Counted from the first letter of the stretch, positions 1 through 10,717 are shown. The stretch: DNA of 64,000 nucleotides from an uncultured Anaerolineae bacterium (GCA_964533805.1 CAZHMJ010000001.1:9978-73977); one strand, 5' to 3'. Notes: generated by a model not told the origin, from the sequence alone. A program made the numbers and translations.

Positions 1-416
1 ATCCACCCGGCCGGCGCGCCGGTGGAGAGCGCCTGCCCCAACCAACTCTGCCCGCTGGCTGGCTGCCCGGCCAGCAGATCGGCCGCCACCAGAACCAACC
101 CCCACGCTCCGCCCACGATCAGCCAGGCCTTGTGCCAGGACAGTTGGAGATAGGCCAGGCTCAGCAGGCCAAACACAACGATCAGGGCGGCGTCGAGATA
201 CACGCCCAGAGAAGCGTTCCAGGGAAAGTCGGGCAGGATAAGCCGAAGCGCGCCAAGCAACCCCAGGCTCAGCAACACGGCCAGCAGGCCGAAATAGGGC
301 CTGCTGCGCGAGGTATTACGCGGCGTATCGCGCGGCACGCGGCGCAGGACATAGGCCAGCAACGCCCCGTACACGAGCGCCACCAGCACGGCAACCACAA
401 CCACCAGGTCTGGCAC
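1..416 (-). CDS. hypothetical multi-pass membrane protein; 3' end lies beyond the window edge
   Basis: Open minus-strand frame from GTG at 416..414 to position 1. It is absent from the ORF track because there is no stop in the window. Translation VPDLVVVVAVLVALVYGALLAYVLRR...LGVYLDAALIVVFGLLSLAYLQLSW... is strongly hydrophobic. Starts 21 nt downstream of the 438..1853 gene. Confidence 0.4.
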   Translation of the reverse strand, partial: MPDLVVVVAVLVALVYGALLAYVLRRVPRDTPRNTSRSRPYFGLLAVLLSLGLLGALRLILPDFPWNASLGVYLDAALIVVFGLLSLAYLQLSWHKAWLIVGGAWGLVLVAADLLAGQPASGQSWLGQALSTGAPAGW

Positions 417-437
417 GGCGGTACTCCACGGCGCGGG

Positions 438-1853
438 CTACTTCAGAATATAGTACGTCCCCTTTTTGGAGCCGATTTTGAGCAGCAAGCCCTGTTCGAC
501 CAGGTCGGCCAGGTCCAGCCGGATCGTCTCCGCCGAGACGTCCGGGCACAGGGTCCGGTATTCGCGGTTGGTGATCGAGCCGTGATCGCGCACATACTGC
601 ATCGAGCGAAGCTGGCGCGCGTTGAGCGTCTTGCCCTCGGCGAACACGGGCATCCGCTCGCGTGAATTGAACAGGGTCACGGCGAAGGAATACGGCCGGG
701 CGTCGAACTGGGGCCGCTTGTGGCCGGACTGGAGCATCTCCTCGATCATGCGATCGATCCCCAGCCCCAGCTCCTCGATATAGCCCCAGTGGAACAGCGA
801 TCCAACCAGCATCGGGTTCCGGCTGAAATGCTCCTCGACGATGTTGTCGACCGTGATGAAACCGGGCAGCCCGCCGGGCGAAATCACTTCCAGGCGGTCG
901 CGGTACATGCGCACTTCGATACGCCGCCCGCGCAGCCGGTAATCCCGGTGACAGACCGCGTTCACGATCGCCTCGCGCACGGCGAAGGAGGGGTACTCGT
1001 AGGTTTCCTCGCGCTCCAGCCCGCGCACCACGGCGCTGACCGCCATCTCGCTCCAGGTCAGTTCCCAGATATTCTCGATCAGGCGGGCCAACGGGCCGGT
1101 GATCTCCTCGCGCCGGGCGTACCCGGCCATGCCATCTTCGCCGCGTGGTTCCGTGCCCACGAACTTCACGAAGACCACGCCGCTCTGGGGCAGCCATTGT
1201 TGCGGGTACTTGCTGAACAGCAGGACTCCGGCGACGGTCGGCTGGCCGCCATCGGTCAGCGCGCCAATGTCGCGCAGCAGTTCCTTGCGGTCGCCCGTGA
1301 ACACGCGACGCAGGCGTTCCTCGCGCTTGGCGAAATACTCATCCAGGATTTCCCGATCGAAGTCCTCGTAGGTCGCGCCGGGCACGGCTTCCGCCTCAAA
1401 ATCGCCCGTGCTCTTGGTGCTGGCCAACCGGCGGATTTCATCCCCGCCCAGGGGACGGTTCTCCGCGCCAGAGCGAACCAGCACGCGCCCGTCCTCCAGG
1501 GCGTGCAGTTCCAGGCTGCGCGGCACGCGGATCGCCACCACGGACCCGCCCTCGGCTTCGAACTGCTCCCAGTTGCCGAGCACCACCGGGGGACGGCACA
1601 TCGTCTCCGCCTGGCGCAGGATGCCCTCGAGATCTTCGCTGTAGCCCTGGCCGACGCAGTTGCCCGCCTCGTCCAGTCCGACGACGATCATCCCGCCATC
1701 CGTGTTGGCGAAAGCCACCAGGGCCTCGGCCAGGCCGTCGGGCGTCGGCTCCGCGAGGAACTCCAGCCGGCTGTTTGGACCACTTTGCAGTAGGGTTGAA
1801 TCTAACATGGCTGTCAGTGTAGTCGGCTTCCCTTCCACGCGCCAGCGAAACAC
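438..1853 (-). CDS. AlbA_2/Schlafen-type (divergent AAA) plus HATPase_c_4-like ATP-binding protein with C-terminal winged-helix; putative DNA-binding regulator
   Basis: 471-aa ORF. N-terminal SRLEFLAEP...ALVAFANTDGGMIVVGLDE resembles the AlbA_2 domain. Central AVREAIVNAVCHRDY...IEVRMYRDRLEVISPGGLP resembles the HATPase_c_4 module. C-terminal NREYRTLCPDVSAETIRLDLADLVEQGLL looks like a wHTH. Annotated start is GTG 1853; ATG at 1808 is an alternative. Confidence 0.7.
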   Translation of the reverse strand: MFRWRVEGKPTTLTAMLDSTLLQSGPNSRLEFLAEPTPDGLAEALVAFANTDGGMIVVGLDEAGNCVGQGYSEDLEGILRQAETMCRPPVVLGNWEQFEAEGGSVVAIRVPRSLELHALEDGRVLVRSGAENRPLGGDEIRRLASTKSTGDFEAEAVPGATYEDFDREILDEYFAKREERLRRVFTGDRKELLRDIGALTDGGQPTVAGVLLFSKYPQQWLPQSGVVFVKFVGTEPRGEDGMAGYARREEITGPLARLIENIWELTWSEMAVSAVVRGLEREETYEYPSFAVREAIVNAVCHRDYRLRGRRIEVRMYRDRLEVISPGGLPGFITVDNIVEEHFSRNPMLVGSLFHWGYIEELGLGIDRMIEEMLQSGHKRPQFDARPYSFAVTLFNSRERMPVFAEGKTLNARQLRSMQYVRDHGSITNREYRTLCPDVSAETIRLDLADLVEQGLLLKIGSKKGTYYILK

Positions 1854-1896
1854 CTGCCGGCTGGGCCAACAGACGTCGATGCGATCGAGTCAGGGC

Positions 1897-4503
1897 CTAG
1901 GCTTCATCCTCATCCAGACCCGGATCGTCACCGTCATCCCAATCCAGTTCCTCGGCATCCGCCATGAATCCGGAGTCAGCCCGAGCCAGATCAGAAACCA
2001 GATCATCCTCGGTTACGCCATTGCCGTCCGCCGTCTGGGCGCGCTGCTCGTCCAGGATCGCAATCGAAGCGACCGTGTCCCCCGAGGCCAGATGCATGAG
2101 TTGGACACCCTGCGTGCTGCGCCCGGTCTGGCGAATGCTGTCGATCGAGGTGCGCAGGGTCTTGCCCTGGACGGTGAGCAGGGTGATATCGTCAGCCGGG
2201 TTGATGACGCGGGCATCGACGATAGGCCCGGTCTTGTCGTTCCGGGCCAGCGTCCGTACGCCAAGCCCGTAACGGCTTTGCCGGTTGTAGTAGTCCACCG
2301 GCGTGCGCTTGCCGAACGCATTCTGAGTCACGATCAGCAGGTCCGACTCGGGCGAGGCCACCACGTCCATGCCCGCGACCACATCGCCCGGATGCAACCG
2401 GATGCCATTGACTCCCGCCGCCGGGCGGCCCATCACGCGGACATCCTGCTCGTGGAAGCGGATCGACATCCCGTCCGCGGTGACCAGCAGGATATCCTGC
2501 TGGCCCGTTGTGCGCCGGACCCAACCCAGCGTGTCACCCTCGCTGAGCGAGATCGCGATCAGGCCGTTGGAACGCACCGAGCTGAACTCGCGCAGGTGGA
2601 CGCGCTTCACCCGGCCCTGGCGGGTCGCCATGATGAAGTAGCCTTCTTCGTCGAAGTTGGGCACGGCCGCCATTGCCGTGATCCGCTCGTCCGGCTCCAG
2701 GCTGAGGATCGCCTGGATGAGGACGCCCCGCCCGGCGCGCGCGCCGTCGGGAATCTCATACGCCCGCTCGGAATACACCTTGCCGCGATCGGAGAAGAAC
2801 AGAATATGATCCAGGCTGCCAGCCGCGAAAAGGTGTTCGAGGACATCCTCATCGCGCGTTTCCATGCCGGACGCGCCCTTGCCGCCGCGTATCTGGCGGC
2901 GGTACGCCGCCGATGGCACGCGCTTGATGTACCCGGCATGGGTGCAGGTCACCAGCACCTCTTCGTCCGCGATCAGGTCGGATTCCTCGAAAGCCGTCCC
3001 CACCCCGTGGATGATTTTGGTACGGCGAGCGTCGCCGTATTTCTGGGCCATGTCGAGCAAGTCCTGCTTGATCAGGGCGAGCACCTTGTGCGGGCTGCGC
3101 AGCAGGTCTTCCAGATACGCGATCCGGTCACGAATCTGTTTGTACTCGTCCTCGATCTTCTGGCGCTCCAACGCCGCCAGCCGGCGGAGTTGCATCTCCA
3201 GGATGGCGCGCGCCTGGACTTCGGTCAGGCCAAAGCGCGTCTGCAAGGCCTGCGAAGCGTCTTCGGCGTCATCCGCCTTACGGATGGTCGCGATGATGTC
3301 ATCCAGCGAGGCCAGCGCCTTGAGCAGTCCCTCCAGGATGTGCCCGCGCTCGCGCGCCCGCGCCAACTCGAACTCCGATCGGCGGCGGATCACTTCCTGG
3401 CGATGCTCGATATAGATTTGCAGGGCGCGGCGCAGGTTGATGAAACGCGGCGCGCCATCGACCAGCGCCAACATCTGGACGCCAAACGTGCTTTGCAGCG
3501 CCGTGTACTTGTACAGGCGGTTGAGGACCTTGCGCGGCTGGGCGCTGCGCCGCAACTCCATCACGATTCGCATCCCACGCCGGTCTGATTCGTCGCGCAG
3601 GTCGGTGATCATGTCCAGCCGGCCGGCGCGGGCCATCTCGGCGATCCGCTGGATCAGCGTTGTTTTGTTGATCTGGTAGGGAATCTCAGTGACCACGATC
3701 CGGTAGCGGCCGCCACGCATTTCCTCGATCTGGGCCGTAGCACGCATGATGATTCGCCCGCGTCCGGTGGCGTACGCCTGGTGCAGTTCCTCACCGGCCA
3801 TGATCTGCGCCCCGGTCGGGAAGTCCGGACCGGGGATAAACTGCAACAACTCCTCGACACTGATGTCTTCCACCCGATCGAAGTGATCGATGACATACAC
3901 GCAGGCGTCGACGACCTCACGCAGATTGTGCGGGGGGATGTTGGTCGCCATCCCGACCGCGATGCCACTCGTCCCGTTGAGCAGCAGGTTCGGCAGACGG
4001 GCCGGCAGCACGACCGGCTCCTGAAGCGTCCCGTCGAAATTGTCGGTGAAATCGACGGTGTCCATGTTGATGTCTTGCAGGATCTCGCCGGCGATGCGGG
4101 CCATCCGCGCCTCGGTATAGCGCATGGCCGCCGGGCTGTCCCCGTCGATGCTGCCAAAGTTGCCCTGGCCGTCCACCAGGGGATAGCGCATGGAAAAGTC
4201 CTGGGCCATGCGCGCCATCGCGTCATAGACCGCGACATCGCCGTGCGGATGGAACTTGCCCAGCACATCGCCCACGATACGGGCGCTCTTGCGGTACTGA
4301 GACCCCACACCAAGGCCCATCTCATTCATCGCGTACAGGATGCGCCGGTGGACGGGCTTCAGCCCATCCCGCGCGTCAGGCAGGGCGCGGGCCACGATCA
4401 CGCTCATGGCGTAATCCAGGTAGCTGCCGCGCATCTCCTCGTTGATGTTGACCAGCCGAACGGTGCCAATATCCATCCGCGAATAGTCGTCGTTATGTTC
4501 CAT
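1897..4503 (-). CDS. gyrA: DNA gyrase subunit A
   Basis: 868-aa ORF with GyrA signatures [29 protein letters not shown] and the active-site Tyr region [10 protein letters not shown]. Repeated C-terminal beta-pinwheel blades and an acidic tail. Confidence 0.97.
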   Translation of the reverse strand: MEHNDDYSRMDIGTVRLVNINEEMRGSYLDYAMSVIVARALPDARDGLKPVHRRILYAMNEMGLGVGSQYRKSARIVGDVLGKFHPHGDVAVYDAMARMAQDFSMRYPLVDGQGNFGSIDGDSPAAMRYTEARMARIAGEILQDINMDTVDFTDNFDGTLQEPVVLPARLPNLLLNGTSGIAVGMATNIPPHNLREVVDACVYVIDHFDRVEDISVEELLQFIPGPDFPTGAQIMAGEELHQAYATGRGRIIMRATAQIEEMRGGRYRIVVTEIPYQINKTTLIQRIAEMARAGRLDMITDLRDESDRRGMRIVMELRRSAQPRKVLNRLYKYTALQSTFGVQMLALVDGAPRFINLRRALQIYIEHRQEVIRRRSEFELARARERGHILEGLLKALASLDDIIATIRKADDAEDASQALQTRFGLTEVQARAILEMQLRRLAALERQKIEDEYKQIRDRIAYLEDLLRSPHKVLALIKQDLLDMAQKYGDARRTKIIHGVGTAFEESDLIADEEVLVTCTHAGYIKRVPSAAYRRQIRGGKGASGMETRDEDVLEHLFAAGSLDHILFFSDRGKVYSERAYEIPDGARAGRGVLIQAILSLEPDERITAMAAVPNFDEEGYFIMATRQGRVKRVHLREFSSVRSNGLIAISLSEGDTLGWVRRTTGQQDILLVTADGMSIRFHEQDVRVMGRPAAGVNGIRLHPGDVVAGMDVVASPESDLLIVTQNAFGKRTPVDYYNRQSRYGLGVRTLARNDKTGPIVDARVINPADDITLLTVQGKTLRTSIDSIRQTGRSTQGVQLMHLASGDTVASIAILDEQRAQTADGNGVTEDDLVSDLARADSGFMADAEELDWDDGDDPGLDEDEA

Positions 4504-4759
4504 AGAATCCAGCCGTCACCAGCCCACAGACGTGTCAAAGGCCCGGCAAAACTCCGGGCGTGCCAAAACTCGATTATACCTCAGGGCTGGGGTTCGGGCC
4601 AGTTTTACGCCATACAACGCAAGCCACGCTGGCTGTGCAGCCATAGCTCGCACACGCCACATCTGCTGGTCAACAGGCAGAGAAGCACCATATCTTTGGC
4701 TTCCAGAACAGACGTCTCAATCCTGGCGGGGAGCCACCCCCGGCGCTACAATCGCCCGC

Positions 4760-5845
4760 ATGAATGTTCTCAGGTCTTGCATCCGGACAGGTCTGATTCT
4801 GGCCCTGATCGGGTTGAGCGCGGCCCTTATCCGCGCCCAGCCCGCCGCCCGGTCGGCGGTCACCCTCTGGGCTCCGGCCCTGACCGCGGACCAGGCGGCC
4901 TGGATCGAGGCGCTGGCTGCCGACCTGCGGACTCGCCTTCCCGGCTCCGCCGTCGAGATCAGCGCCAGCCCGACCATGCCGGATATCACTCCCCTGTTCA
5001 TTCATGTCACTTCGTGCCAGCATGTCACTTCGTGCCAGCATATCACTTCGTGCCAGAAACAGGACTGCGCCCTTCGGCTGGCGTTCTCGCCGCGGCTGCC
5101 TGCCGGCAGCGCCCTGCTCTCCAGCGATCTAGAACAGACCATCCTCGCCAGCGCCCCGCTGATGGTCGACATCAACATCACCGCCCCGGCCCCACAGCGC
5201 GAGGCGGTAGCCGCGATCGGCGCGGCGCTGGCCGGTTACGCGACCGGGGACTGCGCGAGTGCCCTGCCCGCTTTCGAGGCAGCCCGCTCGGACCGGCCCG
5301 CGCCGGTGCTGGCGTTGTATCATGCCCTTTGCCTGCGCCAGCTTCATGACCACCCCGCCGCGCTGGACATCCTGACCGGGGAGGCGCGCCTCGACCTGGC
5401 GAGGGACGGCGCGCCCCAGGCTCTGCGCCGCCTGTGGGAAGCCTACCTGGCCGACTCCCTGTCCCAGGCGTTCGCCTTCGACCGGGCCATCGCCTGGGAC
5501 AGCCGGGCCATTGCCCGGACAGCCGCCCTGTTGGCCGGCGATCCGTTGGGTGACCGACTGCGAGCGGAGCTGACGCTCCTACGCGGCCGCCACCGCCTGT
5601 ATCTGTACGAATGGAACGCCGCCCTGGCCGACTTCGACGCGGCCCTGGCCTTGCCGGGCGTCCCGCCGCGCGCCTATTACGATCGCGGGCTGCTGTACTA
5701 TACTCAGAACGAACGCACGGCGGCCCGCGCCGATCTGGCCCGCTACCTGACCCTGGAAACCGACCGGGGCTCACGCCTGATCCCGCTGGCCCGGGCCATG
5801 CTGGACGAGCTGGATCGCCTGCTCTCCACACCGGCCGCGCCCTAA
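4760..5845 (+). CDS. secreted TPR-like repeat protein (hypothetical)
   Basis: ATG at 4760 begins a signal-like MNVLRSCIRTGLILALIGLSAALIRAQP. The C-terminal part has TPR-like helical repeats (YYDRGLLYYTQNERTAARADLARYL). The ORF-track start at 4532 adds a non-signal, low-plausibility extension. Confidence 0.6.
   Translation: MNVLRSCIRTGLILALIGLSAALIRAQPAARSAVTLWAPALTADQAAWIEALAADLRTRLPGSAVEISASPTMPDITPLFIHVTSCQHVTSCQHITSCQKQDCALRLAFSPRLPAGSALLSSDLEQTILASAPLMVDINITAPAPQREAVAAIGAALAGYATGDCASALPAFEAARSDRPAPVLALYHALCLRQLHDHPAALDILTGEARLDLARDGAPQALRRLWEAYLADSLSQAFAFDRAIAWDSRAIARTAALLAGDPLGDRLRAELTLLRGRHRLYLYEWNAALADFDAALALPGVPPRAYYDRGLLYYTQNERTAARADLARYLTLETDRGSRLIPLARAMLDELDRLLSTPAAP
5003..5056 (+). 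repeat. 18-bp x3 perfect or near-perfect in-frame tandem repeat
   Basis: catgtcacttcgtgccag (5003..5020), catgtcacttcgtgccag (5021..5038), catatcacttcgtgccag (5039..5056). Encodes HVTSCQ-HVTSCQ-HITSCQ inside the 4760..5845 CDS. Confidence 0.95.
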
Positions 5846-5957
5846 GCGCAACCTTCGGTTGCGCCGAGGCCAGGAGACCGAGAGATCCGAGGCCAGAAAA
5901 AGCGGCAGCATACAGTCGGCTGTTCGATTTCCTGTCTTTACCAAAAACTAATAACCA

Positions 5958-7949
5958 ATGACCATTCACTTTCTTTTCAACCGCTTTCCAATGCACGCAG
6001 TCGCGGCCCTGCTGACCGTAACCCTCCTATGTCCGATCGGGCCGGCGGCGGCCCAGGCACAGCCGCCTGTAGAGCCGCCTCTGATCGTGATCAATGTGCC
6101 GGGAAATCTGGGCGAAGTGTTTGCCGTCCGCATCCAGGTCCTGCTGGATCAGCACCTCCCCGGCCAGACCGTCCGCCAGCGCCAGGCCCCGATCGACTCG
6201 GCGGAAAGCGCCCGGCGCACCGGGCAATTGGACGGGGCGGCCCTGATCGTGTGGGCCGCCGGAGACACGCCCGACCTCTTGCACACCACCACCGCGATCC
6301 AGCCGGCCGCCGCCCCCCTTCCGCTGACCGCCGATTTGCCGCTGACCCTGGACGAGACCCGGTTGCGCCGGGTGCTGCCGCTGCTGATCGTTGGACAGGC
6401 CGCGATGCTCACGAACCAGACCGAAGCGGCCCGCGCCACCCTGACCACCGCCCAGACTCTCGCGCCGCGCGACTGGCCGGGTCGGGCCGAAATCCTGTAC
6501 TACCGTGGCCAGAGCCAGACCAGCCAGATCGCCGCGCTGGAGGATTTCCAGGCCGCCTTCGACCTCCAGCCGCGCTGGCCGTATGCGCACGCCCTGGCCT
6601 GGGCGTACTTCAACCTGAACGAGCCGCGCCTGGCCCTGGAAGCCATTCAGCAGGCCATCACCCTTGCTCCCGATCTGCCCGCCTTGCACCTGGACAGCGC
6701 CTATTTCCTGGAACAAGCCGGCGACCTGGAGACAGCCATCGACGCCTACACCGCCGCCCAGGCGCTCAGTCCGGCCGATCCCGCGATCTACTGGCGCCGG
6801 GGCAAAGCCTATCTCTCGGCGGGCGATCCAGACTTGGCCCAGGCTGATTTCGACCGGCTGGTCGCCCTCACCCCGGACGACCCGGCCGCTTATCTCGCCC
6901 GGACCAATGCTGCCTTCGCCCGGCAGGATTACCCGGCCGTGCTGGATGACATCGCCACCGCCCTGGCCCTGGAACCGGCCGATCCGACCCCGTACCTGTT
7001 CGCGCGCGGATTGGCCTATCTCTACCTCGGCGATCACGCCGCCGCAGTCGAAACCCTGGAAGACTACACCGCCCGCCAGCCCGGCGATCCCTCCGGCTGG
7101 ATCAACCTGGGCCAGGCCTACGAAGGCGCGGGCAACACCGTCGCGGCATTCCACGCCTTCGAAACCGCCCTGGGCATCGATCCGGACGCGACCTACCTGC
7201 ACGCGGCTCTGGCTCGCCTGTACTACACCACCGCGCTCACGCTCTCCGAGCCGGCCCGGACGCACTATTTGGCTCAGACAACCGACACCGCGACACGGGC
7301 CATCGAGGCCAACCGTCAGGACACGGGCTCCTATCTTTACCGCGCCCTGGCCGCACTGGAGCAAGGCCACCTGGAAGCCGCCCTGGAAGACCTCAACACC
7401 GCCCTGACGATCGACCCGGCCTTTGAATCGGCCACCTACAACCGGGCCATCGTCTACACCCGGCTGTCCGATCTGGCCCTCGACGCGGGCGAGCGCGACT
7501 CCCTGCTGCGCGCCGCCTCGGCCGACTACGACACGCTGCTCCGCGCCAATTTCGACCAATACACCTACCTGTTGATCTACCAGGGCTATCTTCTGGCCGA
7601 ACTGGGCGAGTACCGCGACGCGATCGATCACTTCGTGACCTACCGCGAACTGTTCCCAGACGCAGTCTATGACCAGACCTGGGCACTGTACGAGGGCCGG
7701 TCCGCGCTGGGCTTGCGCCGCTTCGAGGAGGCGCTCAACGCCTACACCGCCGCGCGGGAAGGGCCAACCCGGATTTACGCCTGCGAGGCCAACCTGCAAA
7801 GCGGCCTGCTGCTGGGGTCGCGCTTCGAAAACCCATTGGAAGCCGCCAGCCGCCTCCAGACCTATCTGGACGATAACTGTACCGGCAACCCGCTCCTGCG
7901 CGTCACGGTCGGCGCCCTGGCGGGGGCCTGGGCCGAAGCGGAACCTTGA
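5958..7949 (+). CDS. TPR repeat-containing secreted protein
   Basis: 663-aa ORF. N-terminal signal (AVAALLTVTLLCPIGPAAAQAQP) followed by many 34-aa TPR-type repeats (e.g. YWRRGKAYLSAGDPDLAQADFDRLVALTPDDPAAY). ATG at 5991 is an alternative start. Confidence 0.75.
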   Translation: MTIHFLFNRFPMHAVAALLTVTLLCPIGPAAAQAQPPVEPPLIVINVPGNLGEVFAVRIQVLLDQHLPGQTVRQRQAPIDSAESARRTGQLDGAALIVWAAGDTPDLLHTTTAIQPAAAPLPLTADLPLTLDETRLRRVLPLLIVGQAAMLTNQTEAARATLTTAQTLAPRDWPGRAEILYYRGQSQTSQIAALEDFQAAFDLQPRWPYAHALAWAYFNLNEPRLALEAIQQAITLAPDLPALHLDSAYFLEQAGDLETAIDAYTAAQALSPADPAIYWRRGKAYLSAGDPDLAQADFDRLVALTPDDPAAYLARTNAAFARQDYPAVLDDIATALALEPADPTPYLFARGLAYLYLGDHAAAVETLEDYTARQPGDPSGWINLGQAYEGAGNTVAAFHAFETALGIDPDATYLHAALARLYYTTALTLSEPARTHYLAQTTDTATRAIEANRQDTGSYLYRALAALEQGHLEAALEDLNTALTIDPAFESATYNRAIVYTRLSDLALDAGERDSLLRAASADYDTLLRANFDQYTYLLIYQGYLLAELGEYRDAIDHFVTYRELFPDAVYDQTWALYEGRSALGLRRFEEALNAYTAAREGPTRIYACEANLQSGLLLGSRFENPLEAASRLQTYLDDNCTGNPLLRVTVGALAGAWAEAEP

Positions 7950-8020
7950 ATCCCCACCGGATCGGGAGCTTGAGGATGGATTTGTTTTTCCTGGCTGGGA
8001 GTCTGTAGGCTGGAGCCTGT

Positions 8021-10711
8021 ATGAAATCACGCACTCTATTCCTGTCGATCGTCCTGAGCCTTGTCCTGGTGATCGTCCTGAGCCTGGGCGGGCTGCTGGC
8101 CTTCAACCTGCGCCGCATGCTGCCGGAGCACGACGGTTTGGTCTACCTGCCCAACCTGGACGCGCCGGTCGAGATCGTTCGCGATGAGACGGGCATCCCG
8201 CACATCTATGCCAGCAGCGCGCACGACCTGTTCTACGCGCAGGGTTACGTCCACGCCCAGGATCGCTGGTGGCAGATGGAATTCGAGCGCCACACCGCCA
8301 CGGGCCGGATCGGCGAGTTGACCGGATTCAATCCGAGCGTGGTCGGCAACGACCTGTTCATCCGCACGGTCGGTTGGAATCGCGCCAGCGAGGCTGACCT
8401 GGAGGTCGTCGGCGACGAGACCCAGGCCGCGCTGGACGCCTATTCCGCCGGAGTCAACGCTTACCTGGCCAACAAGAACGGCGGCGCGCTGGCCCTGGAA
8501 TACAGCCTGCTAGGGGTGTCTGGGATCAAGATCGAGGTCGAGCCGTGGGCGCCACTGGACAGCCTGGCCTGGGTCAAAGTCATGGCCTGGGGCCAGAGCG
8601 GCAACTGGGGCGCGGAGTTGGCTCGAATGGAACTGGCCGAGCAGTTGGGCCAGGACTTCGTCAACCTGTATTCGCCGCTGTACCCCTACGATCAGCGGCC
8701 CACCATCCTCACCACAGACGACTTGCCGATTGGTCAGGAATCCGCCGCAGCCCTGACGGGCGAGCCGCAGACCGTCGCCGCCCTGCCGGTGGATTATCAA
8801 ACCCTGGACGTGCCGACCGGACTGGCGGGCGGCGTTTCGACGGATTTCGCGCCGATCCTCGGCGCGGGCGTGGGTAGCAATAGCTGGGTCGTCGCCGGCC
8901 AGAACACAGCGTCCGGCAGCCCGCTGCTGGCCAACGACCCGCACCTGGGCATCCAGATGCCCTCGATCTGGTACGAAGTCGGGCTGCACTGCCGCCCGAT
9001 CAGCGCGGCCTGCCCGTATGACGTGGTTGGCTTTAGCCTGCCCGGCCTGCCCACCATCCTGATCGGCCACAACGCGCGCATCGGCTGGGGCCTGACCAAC
9101 GCGATGGGCGATACGCAGGACCTCTACATCCTGCGCATCAACCCGGATAACCTGTACCAGTACGAATACAACGGCGAATGGCGCGACATGCAGGTCGTCA
9201 CGGAGACGATCCGCTTCGGCAGCGCTTACGCCGGGGCCGAGGACGATCCCGCGACCGAAGCCTGCGAAGGCATCCACGGCCTGCCCGTCAACGAAAACGG
9301 CGAGTTGGTGGTCGAAGTCCGGCTAACTCACTTTGGGCCAATCGTCACCGACAACCAGATCGAGGATTGCGCGTTCGTCCCCCGCGCCGACTCCGGGCAC
9401 GCCCTGGCCCTGCGCTGGACGGCCCTGGAGCCGAACGACCTGCTGGCCGCCACGCTTGGCATGAACCGCGCCGCGAACTGGGAAGAATTCCGCGCCGCCC
9501 TGAGCCACTTCGAGTGGCCCTCGATCAATTTCGTCTACGCCGACGTGGACGGCAACATTGGCTACCAGCTTCCGTTCCACGTCCCCGTGCGCGCGTCCGG
9601 CCATGATGGTCGGATGCCCGTCCCCGGCTGGACGGACGAATACGAGTGGCGCGGCTATATCCCCGACGAACTGCTGCCGCGCATCCTCAACCCGCAGCGC
9701 GGCTGGATCGTGACGGCCAATCACGCCGTCGCGCCGGAGGCGTACTACGAACAGCTTGCAGCCGAACTGGCCGGTCAGTTTGGTGCGGACGCCAGTTACA
9801 TCCTGACCACGGACTACGATTTTGGCTACCGAGGCCAGCGCGCGATCGATCTGGTCAGCGCGCTGCAAGCCCACACCGTCGCGACCATGGCCGAAATCCA
9901 GGCCGACAGCCACAGCCTGCACGCCGAAGAACTCCAGCCCTACCTGGGCGGTCTGGCCCCGGAGGACAAGACGCTTCAGACCGCGATCGATTTCCTGCTC
10001 GGCTGGGACCTTCAGACCGACATGGACAGCCCACGGGCGGCGCTGTTCGAGGTCTTCTGGGCGAAGCTGGCCGAGAACCTGTGGGCCGATGACCTGGGCT
10101 TTCTCCCCAATGGCGGCGGCCACCTGGCCTGGGCCACTCAGAGCCTCCTTGATCTGCCCAATCACGCCGTGTGGGATAACCAGGCCACGCCCGAAGTCGA
10201 GAAACGCGACGATATCCTGCTGGACTCCCTCCAGGATGCGGTCGACTTCCTGACCAGCCAGCAGGGCTCCGACTGGAACGCCTGGCGCTGGGGTGCGCTG
10301 CACACCGCGACCTTCGTCAGCCCGCCACTGGGTCAGAGCGGAATCAGCCTGGTCGAGTCGCTGGTCAACGCCGGGCCGGTGCCCGTCAGCGGCAGTTGGG
10401 ATACGCTCAACCGCACGAACTGGAACACCGACGCCCCCTTCGCCGTGCGGGGCAGCATCTCGTCCATGCGCATGATCCTTGACTTCAGCGACCTGGGTGC
10501 CAGCCGAACCATCCACACCACCGGCCAGAGCGGCCATCCGTTCAGCGCCCACTACCGCGATATGGTCGATCCCTGGCGGCTGATGGGCAGCCAGGCGATG
10601 CGCTTCAGTGCGGAGAGCGTCGAAGCCGGCGCGCAAGCTCGCCTGGAGTTGCGTCCGTCACCGCTCGACCGGGCTTCGGGCCAAACCGAGCAGGGTGATT
10701 CGACGCCCTGA
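8021..10711 (+). CDS. penicillin/acyl-homoserine-lactone acylase family protein (peptidase S45, Ntn hydrolase)
   Basis: 896-aa ORF with an N-terminal TM/signal segment. Family motifs PHIYASSAHDLFYAQGYVHAQDRWWQME, nucleophile region GVGSNSWVVAG, and ANDPHL. Confidence 0.85.
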   Translation: MKSRTLFLSIVLSLVLVIVLSLGGLLAFNLRRMLPEHDGLVYLPNLDAPVEIVRDETGIPHIYASSAHDLFYAQGYVHAQDRWWQMEFERHTATGRIGELTGFNPSVVGNDLFIRTVGWNRASEADLEVVGDETQAALDAYSAGVNAYLANKNGGALALEYSLLGVSGIKIEVEPWAPLDSLAWVKVMAWGQSGNWGAELARMELAEQLGQDFVNLYSPLYPYDQRPTILTTDDLPIGQESAAALTGEPQTVAALPVDYQTLDVPTGLAGGVSTDFAPILGAGVGSNSWVVAGQNTASGSPLLANDPHLGIQMPSIWYEVGLHCRPISAACPYDVVGFSLPGLPTILIGHNARIGWGLTNAMGDTQDLYILRINPDNLYQYEYNGEWRDMQVVTETIRFGSAYAGAEDDPATEACEGIHGLPVNENGELVVEVRLTHFGPIVTDNQIEDCAFVPRADSGHALALRWTALEPNDLLAATLGMNRAANWEEFRAALSHFEWPSINFVYADVDGNIGYQLPFHVPVRASGHDGRMPVPGWTDEYEWRGYIPDELLPRILNPQRGWIVTANHAVAPEAYYEQLAAELAGQFGADASYILTTDYDFGYRGQRAIDLVSALQAHTVATMAEIQADSHSLHAEELQPYLGGLAPEDKTLQTAIDFLLGWDLQTDMDSPRAALFEVFWAKLAENLWADDLGFLPNGGGHLAWATQSLLDLPNHAVWDNQATPEVEKRDDILLDSLQDAVDFLTSQQGSDWNAWRWGALHTATFVSPPLGQSGISLVESLVNAGPVPVSGSWDTLNRTNWNTDAPFAVRGSISSMRMILDFSDLGASRTIHTTGQSGHPFSAHYRDMVDPWRLMGSQAMRFSAESVEAGAQARLELRPSPLDRASGQTEQGDSTP

Positions 10712-10717
10712 AACAAA

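Noticed and set aside
4532-4759. Upstream extension of the TPR-like ORF (ORF-track start 4532)
   Set aside because: The extension has no signal peptide and an implausible composition. ATG 4760 yields a classic signal sequence, and a -10 element sits just upstream of it.
5003-5056. Possible CRISPR-like or minisatellite array
   Set aside because: The 18-bp units are contiguous with no spacers, there are only three copies, and they are in frame within a CDS. This is a coding tandem repeat, not a CRISPR array.
6027-8030. 667-aa minus-strand ORF
   Set aside because: Antisense to the TPR repeat gene. Gly/Arg/Val-rich low-information translation with no start context. High-GC artefact.
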